A stretch of 35,498 bases of DNA from Octopus sinensis (GCF_006345805.1 NW_021831890.1:1-35498), one strand, 5' to 3'. Positions 1-10,931 are shown, counted from the first letter of the stretch. Program-made: numbers and translations. Notes: generated by a model not told the origin, from the sequence alone.

Positions 1-262
1 CCTCTCGAAAGAGCTGTTCTTCACTCCTGCTCCGGAGCGTCGGCTGCGGGGGGTCATTCCGAAAAGCTCTACCTGCGACGATTTCATCTCAATCGAAGGA
101 GAGGAGCTTTCTCCGTCCGGGTTGCGGATCCGTGGAACAAGCTGGACCTCAAGTGGCCTGAACTCTTTACATGAACACCACCCTGTACTTAACTCCATGT
201 CCCCCTACATGGCCTTGCTATTTGCTTTTGAGCCAAATTAACTAACTAACTAACTAACTAAC
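1..262 (+). mobile_element. 3' end of a CR1-clade LINE with a (TAAC)n tail
   Basis: After a frameshift in a G run, reads RLRG-HSEKLYLRRFHLNRRRGAFSVRVADPWNKL, matching the CR1 ORF2 C-terminal pattern RGH..KL...R..FS.RV...WN.LP. A short 3' UTR follows, then a (TAAC)n tail at 239-262. Confidence 0.8.
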
Positions 263-502
263 ACCATTCCCTCCCCGCAGCCAATATAATAATGAGGTTA
301 CTTTTTAATTTTCTTTGGAATCTTCTTATATCCCTATATTTTCTACCCAGATTTTCCCCATTTCAGTTTTCTTTATGCTCAGGATCTTACACGTACGTAT
401 GCTATATGCGTGTACTTGGGCGGTTTGGCTTACATCAATTTATATAACTTGGTTCATGTGTCCCTTTTCAGCTTATTTGTCCCAAGATTCCTTATTTGTC
501 GC

Positions 503-712
503 AAGATTTTTCTATTATAGGCACAAAGCCTGAAATTTTGGGCGAGGCGGCAGTTGATTAAATCTACCCTAGTATGCAACAGGTACTTATTTTATCGAAT
601 CCAAAAGGATGAAAGGATAAGTCGACCTCAGCTGCATTTGAACTAAGAACACGAAGACAGAAGGATCGTTAGCACGCCGGGCTTGCTAACGATCTTGCCA
701 GCTCCCCGCCTT
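503..712 (-). mobile_element. tRNA-derived SINE family A, monomer, diverged
   Basis: Minus strand reads head GGCGGGGAGCTGGCAAG, B-box-like TAGTTCAAATGC, core GTCGACTTATCCTTTCATCC..GATAAAATAAGTACC, and tail AAATTTCAGGCTTTGTGCCTATA. Homologous to copies at 729, 16289, 24077 and 33215. Confidence 0.85.
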
Positions 713-728
713 AAGCAGTACCAATAAT

Positions 729-1130
729 GATAAATCTTTCTACTATAGGCACAAGGCCTGAAATTTTCGAGGGGGCGGGACAGTCGATTAGATCGATCAA
801 GTGTACAAATAGTACTTAATTTATCGAACCCGAAAATATGAAAAGAAAAGTGGACCCGGTGTAATTTGAACTTAGAACGCAACGCAGACGAAATACCTAT
901 ATTTTTACTACCCACAAGCGGCTAAACACAGAGGGAACAAACAAGGACAGACAAACGGATTAAGTCGATTACATCGTCTCCAGTGCGTAACTGGTACTTA
1001 TTTCATCGACCCCGAAAGGATGAAAGGCAAAGTCGACCTCGGCGGAATTTGAACTTTGAACGTAACGGTAGACGAAATACGGCTACGCATTTCGCCCGGC
1101 GTGCTAACGACTCTGCCAGCTCGCACCTTC
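729..1130 (-). mobile_element. SINE family A, dimeric form (head-core-tail1-partial head-core-tail2)
   Basis: A-box-like TGGCAGAGTCG and B-box-like AAGTTCAAATTCC on the minus strand. The core occurs twice (about 985-1050 and 800-870), joined at about 888-910. Confidence 0.9.
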
Positions 1131-1384
1131 AAAGATTCCTTATTTTTGCCTTTTCATTTACTAACATCGAGTGAAATTATGCGTGTGTGTATGTTCGTTT
1201 ACATATACACCTGGCATATCTTACGATCTATGCGCTTATGCTTGTGTGTAATGTTTTAGATTAAATTGTGATATCGTGCGAGCGTATTCGTTTGGGCAGT
1301 TTACTCCGGAAATGGATGTCTATCGATACCTATACTTACCGTTATTAGTTACGCCTCACGTATATATCCGGCTATTTTTTTAAA

Positions 1385-1462
1385 ATTATTATTATTATTA
1401 ATAATAATAATTATTATTAGTAATAATAATTATTAGTAATAATAATTATTAATAATTATTAT
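1385..1462. repeat. (ATT)n/(AAT)n microsatellite
   Basis: Directly visible. Confidence 0.95.
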
Positions 1463-1569
1463 ATGTTACTGCCTAGAATCGAACTCAGAATTTTGGGGTT
1501 ATAAATCTAATATCCTCCTATACCTTAATACCGGTTCGCATATGCTGTTCATATCCGCACTCGGCCTGC

Positions 1570-2302
1570 TTAAGAATACTTTGAAAATGTGGCTTTAGGA
1601 TCAACACCACAAAACCAACCCTATGGCTACGATATGTTGATGACACCATACTCTGGCCCCCCAGCAAGATGTCCAAGTGCTGTTAGATAATGTGAACTCA
1701 ATAAAGACATCCATACGGTTCACAATGGGAAAAGAAAAAGACAATCAGCTGGCATTCCTGGACGTATTAATAACACCCTCTAAGTATGGATTCAGGACAT
1801 CCGTATTCCGCAAGCCGACTTTCACTGAACGATACCTGAACTTTAACTCCCACCATCCATACAGTGTAAAGAGAGGAATTGCTCAGTGCCTAAAACATCG
1901 AGTAATGAATATTATTAGCGATTGTGATACCCAACACGAAGAATTGATCAAGCTCAGTAACAATCTATTAAGCAACAACTACCCCAAAACCATACTCTCC
2001 ACTCCAATTATGAAGAAAAGAGAGGATAAAACCGATAAATTGTCCATAGTCTGTCTACTCCATGTGAAAGGCCTCACTGGAAAGATACAAAAGATATGCG
2101 GCCCATATGACATCAGGACAGTATTCAAAAGTAATGCAATACTTCGCAAAAATCTCCTTCGTGTAAAACCACCTATAGAAGAGAATATGACTAAGAACTG
2201 CGTGTACTCATCCCATGCAGCTGTGGTAGGTTATACAAAGGCGAAACATGCCGCCCCCTCAAAATAAGGGTAGAGGAACATCGCAAAGCTGTAACACGAG
2301 GA
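1570..2302 (+). pseudogene. Penelope-like element relic: RT catalytic/thumb region plus start of GIY-YIG endonuclease
   Basis: LWLRYVDD (YVDD at 1633-1644). ORF 1677-2267 has IRFTMGKE..NQLAFLDVLI...TSVFRKPTFTERYLNFNSHHP and NNYP, typical of the PLE thumb. After a frameshift near 2207 it reads NCVYS(I)PCSCGRLYKGETCRPLKIRVEEHRKAV, a GIY-YIG pattern. Frameshifted and truncated at both ends. Confidence 0.9.
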
Positions 2303-2309
2303 ACCCAGT

Positions 2310-2455
2310 GTCTTTTGAACGTGGGTTCTCATTCCCAAGGTATTTTTCGATGTTGTTGTGATCCAGAGCGAATCCAAAAGTATCAAGAACACTGGGACCG
2401 GTGTATTGCTGTGCAAGTGAACTATTCCGAAGAAGATGATGTGAAAACGTAGGCA
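2310..2455 (+). mobile_element. Mariner transposase C-terminal remnant
   Basis: Reads ..IQKYQEHWDRCIAVQVNYSEEDDVKT*, resembling the mariner terminus W..RW..CI...G.YFE.D. No clear TIR found. Confidence 0.55.
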
Positions 2456-2489
2456 AATAGGTGATTTTATTATTAAACATAACTTGTTC

Positions 2490-3600
2490 GTAGATAAGCG
2501 TTGAGATGTATTTCCGTGTAGCGAATTTGTTTGTAGCTTATATCAACCACTTTCTTTCCAAATTGTAGAATATCATTTTCTAGAACTGTATCCCTGTGAC
2601 ACACATGAAGTGCACATACATTGTCTTCTACTTTTTATATATTTTGACATCTTTCTCTATGGAACGAGCTGGTCCCTAACAAAGATACAAAGCTCTGTCA
2701 TTGAAAAGTAAAGAACAATAACAATGCTGCGTTAATGTTCCTTGCGTCGGTGTTTATTAATGTAGTCAATAACAGGGACTTTCTCTTTACGTATCATGGG
2801 ATAGTCTTCTTTACCAATGGTGTTGTATAACATAATCGACATTTTTGTTTGCATAATGGGAATCCAAAAGGCTTCACAGTCCCTTTTTTTCTTATTAGGT
2901 AAGCGTAACGCCATCCACCTCTAGAAGTAACAAACGCATAGTCTTTGAAATGTGATGTGAAGTAAAGGTCGTTGATTCCAAGTTTCATCCACACGTCTCC
3001 AAGAAAACATATGCACGCACAGTCAATTTTACTATGCCATGTGCTTCTCGCCTAGGTCTTCATTAAGCAATTTTAGTCCAGCTATTTCGGGGCTCTATGG
3101 CAGGTCATCAGCAACAGCCCGTTTCCTCACGTGATCACTACTTAAGATGCGGTTCTCTTCGCTTTTCAACAAAGTGTCTTTATTTTTACGGCCGTTGTTT
3201 AACAGGTTCTTTCTGAGAGACACCATGCAACATTCAAATTCTGTCTGCACTCACCTTAATCCTCTACCGCCTTTATCTCTACTTAGGTAGAACCTGTCGA
3301 TATCGCTTTTCGATGGAAGATTCCAATTGATATCTCTTCTTAGGTAGAACCTGTCGATATCACTTTTCGAGGGAAGATTACACTTGATATGAGATTTGAA
3401 TGTCTATGGGGCGTGCTTCCAGTCACGTATCGCAAATTTTTCAATCAGCATTGATGCCGCGAATGTATTGAGGGATATTGTATTGGTGTAAAGGATTTCC
3501 AACTACCATTTTTTAATAAGTTTGGTGTAATATTCTTCATTCGCTTTATCTTTGTTCATAGCGCCTTCGTATAATGATTTCGTCAGTGGAATGTATATAT
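2490..3600 (-). mobile_element. Degenerate R4/Dong-clade non-LTR retrotransposon (RT C-terminus to restriction-like endonuclease)
   Basis: Minus strand gives EEYYTKLIKKW..NTFAA..IRDW, then SDIDRFYLSRDKGGRGL (family motif RLY..R..GGRGL), then KCRLC, SIVIV and KLQTNSLHG. Many stops and frameshifts. Confidence 0.7.
3274..3390. repeat. 57-bp tandem duplication inside the R4/Dong relic
   Basis: TAGGTAGAACCTGTCGATATC at 3284 and 3341 gives a period of 57. The copies differ at several positions. Confidence 0.9.
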
Positions 3601-3795
3601 TTATCTATTATACCTTAGAACCTACACCGATTGATAACATGGTTAAAGCTCGTATAGTTTTTATCTATTGTAATGTCAGGCTGTCAGTTCAATGTTCAAC
3701 TGCCACCAGCATTATCAACTGTGCCATTCACTATTCCTTATCTCCTTGTTGTACAAACACCTACGTACACTATGCCTCTTGCGTGGAAGCCTGGA

Positions 3796-4030
<235 letters not shown>

Positions 4031-4050
<20 letters not shown>

Positions 4051-4801
4051 TATATATGCGTATATGAGCATACCTAAAAATGTATATGTATGTACACCCC
4101 CTCAGAGCACACATTCACACGCACCCACATACTACGCCCTATTGATAGAACACAGTAAAATACATACTTCGTGGATATATGTAGTTTTGTCTGGCTTGGA
4201 ATCACGTACAGCCTTCGACTTCCACTCACCAGTGTCTAAAATTACAATAAATATCAATCCAGGTGACTCAGAAATTCTCTCCCGAATGTTATACTGATTA
4301 CTTCAGTACTCCCGTGCCTTGGTGCGCAAAATGTATCTTGTTATCCTGTCATACTCCATTACAAGTGTTAGCAGTAACACCAAATCTTTCAGAACAATAC
4401 GCCTTGTGACTTATTGGTAAAACGTCATAGTAGGTAAAAGAATAAGTTGATCTAAATATTTTAAGAATCTTTCTAATTACATTCAAATTCCATCTTTGTT
4501 AAATTAGATTTTACTACGAACTGCAAAACAACTGTACAAAATTTGTATCTATGTTATATTTCTCCAGGCAGAACACAGAAATGTTACAAAGTTTAAATGT
4601 TCTTAACATTTAGTGTAATCTTCCATTAGTGTTGCAAAGTTTTGTAGTGCTTTCAGCAATTTGTCTATTTAAAACCAGAAAGCGGATTCCAAGAATATGA
4701 TCCGAATATTTCGGTCAATTGACGCTATTAAAGAAAGTAAATAAAGATGGTAGGAAACATCATAATTTACGCATTCAGGTAGCTCATCTTTTTTATACCT
4801 G

Positions 4802-4876
<75 letters not shown>

Positions 4877-4947
4877 CATATATATATACATATATATATA
4901 CATATATATATACATATATATATCTATACATATATATATATATATCT

Positions 4948-4984
<37 letters not shown>

Positions 4985-5755
4985 TATATAATGTAAATAT
5001 ATATTATATATGCGTATATGAGCATACCTAAAAATGTATATGTATGTACACCCCCTCAGAGCACACATTCACACGCACCCACATACTACGCCCTATTGAT
5101 AGAACACAGTAAAATACATACTTCGTGGATATATGTAGTTTTGTCTGGCTTGGAATCACGTACAGCCTTCGACTTCCACTCACCAGTGTCTAAAATTACA
5201 ATAAATATCAATCCAGGTGACTCAGAAATTCTCTCCCGAATGTTATACTGATTACTTCAGTACTCCCGTGCCTTGGTGCGCAAAATGTATCTTGTTATCC
5301 TGTCATACTCCATTACAAGTGTTAGCAGTAACACCAAATCTTTCAGAACAATACGCCTTGTGACTTATTGGTAAAACGTCATAGTAGGTAAAAGAATAAG
5401 TTGATCTAAATATTTTAAGAATCTTTCTAATTACATTCAAATTCCATCTTTGTTAAATTAGATTTTACTACGAACTGCAAAACAACTGTACAAAATTTGT
5501 ATCTATGTTATATTTCTCCAGGCAGAACACAGAAATGTTACAAAGTTTAAATGTTCTTAACATTTAGTGTAATCTTCCATTAGTGTTGCAAAGTTTTGTA
5601 GTGCTTTCAGCAATTTGTCTATTTAAAACCAGAAAGCGGATTCCAAGAATATGATCCGAATATTTCGGTCAATTGACGCTATTAAAGAAAGTAAATAAAG
5701 ATGGTAGGAAACATCATAATTTACGCATTCAGGTAGCTCATCTTTTTTATACCTG

Positions 5756-5810
<55 letters not shown>
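4031..5810. repeat. Apparently identical tandem duplication, period 954 bp
   Basis: Identical ORFs at 4064 and 5018. 4031-4856 matches 4985-5810, including (CT)n and (AT)n lengths and an AA interruption at 4855 and 5809. Confidence 0.95.
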
Positions 5811-5816
<6 letters not shown>

Positions 5817-6366
5817 TATGGGTGTGTGTGTGTGTATATGTGTGGCTGTACAAACCTCACATGTCTTACGTATACATATATAGACAAATTGACATATTTG
5901 TATGATTAGCATCTCAATATTAATCCTAAATTATCTGCTCCCGTTTTCTTTTTAAATCATTCAATCAACATCATGATCTAATGAAACCCAAATAGCAAAC
6001 AATACGGACACACATACACAAACCCACACTAATATATAAGCATGGACTTAATATTTCTCTGTGTGTGTATGTATGTATGTACGTATATATATATATATAC
6101 GACCTCGAACCCACAAGTGTAAACAAGAGAGACAGAGAAAGGCAGAAACAAGGAAAATGCCACCTATATTTGAACACTATACAAATATTCTTTTAAAAGA
6201 ACTTTTCTTTTAATTTTTCTAAATTTAATCATTTAATCGCTACAGTTGAAAATGTCTCAAAATGACTGAAACCGGTACTGAAGTGTTCTTTGTAAATTTA
6301 TTTTAGCATTTTCTATCTTGACTTGTTTTTTTCATATATATATATATATATATCAATATAACATTT

Positions 6367-6553
6367 AAATAAGCAGAAAATTGAGAAAACAACAAACAAA
6401 CAAATTGACCAACATCGGTTAAGTATTGTTTCATACAAAACATAACATTACATAACATATGTAACGCTATGTTTTGTATTGAAAAATGAATAACCGATGT
6501 TGGTCACTGTGTTTGTTTACTGACCAAAAGTTTTCTCCCTCTTCCGCTTATTT
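6367..6553. repeat. Imperfect long inverted repeat (MITE-like)
   Basis: Nested arm pairs: AAATAAGC/GCTTATTT (6367/6546), GAGAAAAC/GTTTTCTC (6383/6530), GACCAACATCGGTTA/TAACCGATGTTGGTC (6407/6491), ATACAAAACATA/TATGTTTTGTAT (6433/6468). Confidence 0.75.
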
Positions 6554-6721
6554 CAAATTTGATTCCTGATAAATTCTATTTTATTCTGTTGTTACCTGTA
6601 CTCTATGAGCATAGTGTGTTTGCATACCCATGCCCAGGGATAGCATAGGTAAATGATACGGGTAGTAAGAACGGATGTTCATATCCCTTAGTTATTCGAA
6701 CCGCTAACTCTGCTCACGTAA

Positions 6722-6754
<33 letters not shown>

Positions 6755-7020
6755 TATATATAATATATATATATATACGTACATACATATATATATATAT
6801 ATATATACATACATACGTACGTACATACATACATACATACATACACATACACATATATATATATATATATATACATATAAATATACGTACATACATATAT
6901 ATATATATATACATACATACGTCGTACATACATACATACATACATACATACATACATACATACATACATACATACATACATACATACGTACATATATCTA
7001 TATATGCATACATATATATT
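6722..7020. repeat. (TACA)n/(TA)n microsatellite
   Basis: Directly visible. Confidence 0.95.
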
Positions 7021-7346
7021 TGCCATCAAAATATAGGACAAGATACTGCGACAGCCCAGGCTTTAAGGGACCACAGCTCTTCAATATCCTCCCAAAGGAC
7101 CTGAGAGACCTATATGGGATTGATGTAGGTGTTTTCAAAATGAAACTGGACCTCTTACTATCAAGTGTTCCATATATATCAACTTCACAGCAGGAAGTGT
7201 AGATGATGGCAGCGGCATCAAACTCCCTCATTCACCAAACGTCTATTTCTACAAAGAATTAGTGAAGTAAAGTTATGTAGCAACACCAAATGGTGGTGCA
7301 CCAGCATGGCCACAGCTCATGAGCTGAAACTAAATCAAATCAAATC
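7021..7346 (+). mobile_element. 5'-truncated CR1-like LINE 3' end with 3' UTR and (AAATC)n tail
   Basis: Reads PSKYRTRYCDSPGFKGPQLFNILPKDLRDLYGIDVGVFKMKLDLLLSSVP..AAASNSLIHQ. Same family as the relic at 30925-31945. 3' UTR ends GGTGCACCAGCATGGCCACAGCTCATGAGCTGAAACT. Confidence 0.85.
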
Positions 7347-7362
7347 ACACACACACACACAC

Positions 7363-7403
<41 letters not shown>

Positions 7404-7691
7404 TAATATATAACGTAAAGGAATAAGGCTTATTTGAATTTTATGGTAACACTTACAAACTGACAAGGCGAACTAGTTTAACCCTAGGCAGCTGGGCGGG
7501 AGCCACTGAAGAGCATTAATAAAATGCGAAATGGCTGGTGGTCTGGTTATGTACCGGTTGTTGTTGGAAGTTTGCCTCCCTTGTCAGTTATAAGATAAGT
7601 GCTTTCACGTAGCTATGAGTTGTTTTGACTCTTATTTCTAGCATATATGTTTTTATATATATATATATCTTTAAACCGCACATATTTATCA

Positions 7692-7693
<2 letters not shown>

Positions 7694-7751
<58 letters not shown>

Positions 7752-7764
7752 TAATAATAATAAT
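7694..7764. repeat. (AAT)n microsatellite
   Basis: Directly visible. Confidence 0.95.
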
Positions 7765-8318
7765 GCCCTGATGCAGTACCAGGCAGTGGCTCTCATGGCT
7801 TCTGATCTTAACTGATTGGAAGTGTTATCATGTACATTGTTTTGTCTTGGTATAAAAGATGGGCTACAGCAAATATTCTGCTCAATACCACAGATTTGCT
7901 TGTCAGTTGTTTGACCTTAACCAGTTGAGCATATCCCTTAGTGGCTGACGATATGTGCATCTCTGATCACGAGCAGAAGTAGTGGGGGAGCATCATAGCC
8001 ATGTGTTGAGAGGGATTCTTTGGGGTTTGAATAGTTCACCTCTGGAAACATGGGTGGTTCTTTCAACATCCTTAAGCAACCCTTATTCAGGGACCGTTTG
8101 AGCGGGATGGGCTACTCAACCTGAAGAAAATTCTAACTGGGCCCCACCTGCAAGGTCATGTGCTGTTTATCTTGATATGAGATCACCATGTCGCGCACAT
8201 ATGGTTGTGATGCATGTGCCTGGTGTACCTTTATCAGACGGGTAGTCATGATGGGTATATTGGGCTTCGTATATTTTACCCCTGTGTCACTTTGATGGCA
8301 TGAACTGCTCTCTCACTC
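7765..8318. mobile_element. ~550-bp non-coding interspersed repeat inserted in (AAT)n
   Basis: Complex sequence with sharp ends, bounded on both sides by (AAT)n. No ORF or pol III boxes seen. Its right end recurs at 8377-8479. Confidence 0.7.
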
Positions 8319-8376
<58 letters not shown>

Positions 8377-8479
8377 GTACCTGGTGTACCCTTATCAGAC
8401 TGGTAGTCATGATGGGTATATTGGGCTTCGTATATTTTACCCCAGTGTCACTTTGATGGCATGAACTGCTCTCTCACTC
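8377..8479. mobile_element. Truncated second copy (103 bp) of the 7765-8318 element
   Basis: Aligns without gaps to 8216-8318 with 4 substitutions. Flanked by (AAT)n on both sides. Confidence 0.85.
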
Positions 8480-9430
8480 AATAATAATAATAATAGTAAT
8501 AATAATAATAATAATAAAAATAAAAATAATAATGAAATTAATAATGAAATATATGGAGATCTATATGGAAAATCTCATAAAACAGTGACACAGCTGAAGA
8601 CAGGGAAACTGGATCCAGGTCATGTAAATATGATTTTTTGCCAATTTTACAAAAATAAAACAAAAGTAAATCACCCTCTTTTCCAGAAATCTCCAGAATG
8701 TGTATACTAAAAGCTTTTTCGAAATAAGAGACTCAATGCAACACGTGACTCCTTATATCTCCTCGTTTCCCACCTTCTTTCTCACTTTGGTTATACACAT
8801 TTATACAAATTATATTTGTCAAACTCACCTTAAGAATATGTATACTAATATAATTTTGGTTGAACTATAATACAAAAACATATTTTCAGTGAAATTGTAT
8901 CTTGATATTTTTATTTTCCGTTCATATAAACACAGAATAAAATAACACACCACATCATTCATTCATAAAACTTTAGCATTTCTTCGTGCAATTCTTTTCA
9001 AGGACCTCACTAAAATGTAATTCAATCTCAAACTAAAGCATGATAATATAAAGTGGTACAAAATTTATAAAAGCAACTATTTATTGGTATACTATTGGAT
9101 ATACATCCATCATGTTTCGCACTGCAATTTCACTTTATTTTATTCACTAAAATAATAACAATATTACAAATTTGACGTGGCTGTATACAGTATTAAAATT
9201 AGTTTCATTGGTAATGAAAAATGATACAGCGAGGCCCAGATACATCACATATAGGAAATATTAAATTGTTCACACCAAATACACAGAAAGAATACAGCTG
9301 TAAGTATACATATGTATTATAGATATATATAACATATTCTTAAAATAATATAAGGTAGTAAAATTTTAGAAATATTTCTACCAGTGGCCTAGCATGTATA
9401 AAATGTCAATAGACAAATTTTCTATATAAA

Positions 9431-9720
9431 ATTACTGTACATTGAAGCACAAAAAGAGGTAACCCTCAATAGGCCGTCTTACATACTAGAAGGAACAGTC
9501 AAAAGTCCAAAAGCACAGTTAAGAGCAATTTCGAAGGGAATGAAAAATAAAACATTTACCATTTTTTTTTACATTCAGACTTACGTTACGGACTTTAATT
9601 TTATTTTTCATTCCCCTCAAAATTGCCCTTAACTGTTGTTTTGGACTTTTGACTGTTCCTTCTAGCATGTAAGGCGGCCTGTTAAGGGTTACCTCTTTTT
9701 GTGTTTAAATGTACACTAAT
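9431..9720. mobile_element. MITE-like element with ~120-bp terminal inverted arms
   Basis: 9431-9552 (TGTACATT..AAAAAGAGGTAACCC..CTAGAAGGAACAGTCAAAAGTCCAAAA..GGGAATGAAAAATAAAA) is the imperfect reverse complement of 9599-9720, with a ~45-bp spacer. Confidence 0.8.
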
Positions 9721-10335
9721 ATCATATATATAACATATATGGTTGTAAAAACGCATGCATATTATATACAGTATCGATATTTTTTCTGCGAAAATAGATT
9801 CAAATACATAGGTATGTAGTTACCCCGTCGCCCATAGGATCAGAGAAGGTAGTTCAAAAACTGTTTTGTACCAGTGGTATAATAGTCTTGAATAGATATT
9901 CAATACAATAAAAAATATACCAAGAGAACCTTCAAATTTTCCAAATTCCTGCCAAAATGATAGTAGAATATTATATATATATACAGTATATATAATAATA
10001 TATAATATATATACAACATCATTGTATATATATATGTATATATGTATATATATATCTATATATGTTATATGTATATATATTATATATTATATAATATATA
10101 TAATATATATAATATATTAATCAATATAGGGTGGCAAAAAATGTTGTAGAATTTTTTTGCCACCAGAGGCCTAGTGGGAAAAAATTAAATAGTCATAGAC
10201 CATTTTTACGTTCACATCACAATCAAGGAACGGCCAAATAGGCCATTCACCCACTAGAAATAACAGCCAAAGCTTCCACCGCAAATAAACATCAATTCGT
10301 AACCAGGAGAAAATTAAAAACATTTACCCTGTAAT

Positions 10336-10438
10336 TTCTTATACGATGCACCGTTTCATCTACTGTTTAATGGTAAACTAACCTGATTAAATTAATCAAA
10401 GCCAATCTTCCATAGGCCCTTAGATTCATCAGTAAGAA
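10336..10438 (-). ncRNA. Type I hammerhead ribozyme, copy 1
   Basis: Minus strand: stem I UUCUUA, core CUGAUGA, stem II AUCUA, 58-nt insert, UAGAU, GAA, stem III ACGG-ugca-UCGU, A17, stem I UAAGAA. Complete canonical core with a GUA triplet; predicted cut between 10342 and 10341. Confidence 0.85.
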
Positions 10439-10824
10439 TAGCCAAGTCGGAACAGATATTTTCACGAGGCATTTCCGACCCTGCCTCGGCAATATCTGAC
10501 CTAAAATTTTCAAATCATCGCTCTCGCTGCGCCAAATTTATCGGCAGCAAATAAAATAAGCCGCCGATTCCATTACGGAATTAACCAAAAATTCTAATTA
10601 ATCAATATGGGTGGCAAAAAATTTTGTAGAATTTTTTTGCCACCAGCGGCCTAGTGGGAAAAAATTAAATAGTCATAGACCATTTTTACGTTCAACATCA
10701 CAATCAAGGAACGGCCCATAATAGGCCATTCACCCACTAGAAATAACAGCCAAAGCTTCAACCGTCAACCGCAAATAAACATCAATTAGTAAACCAGGAG
10801 AAAATTAAAAACATTTACCCTGTA

Positions 10825-10931
10825 ATTTCTTATACGATGCACCGTTTCATCTACTGTTTTCATGGTAACTAACCTGATTAAATTAAATCAAGCCAATCTT
10901 CCATAGGCCCTTAGATTCATCAGTAAGAAAT
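10825..10931 (-). ncRNA. Type I hammerhead ribozyme, copy 2
   Basis: Same core and stems. Stem I is 8 bp (AUUUCUUA/UAAGAAAU). Predicted cut between 10833 and 10832. Confidence 0.85.

Noticed and set aside
2520-3050. Possible piggyBac-like motifs (TFTS, KKGL, PVIDYINKH) on the minus strand
   Set aside because: The same interval is better explained as the continuation of the R4/Dong relic, which has the diagnostic DRFYL..GGRGL motif directly upstream.
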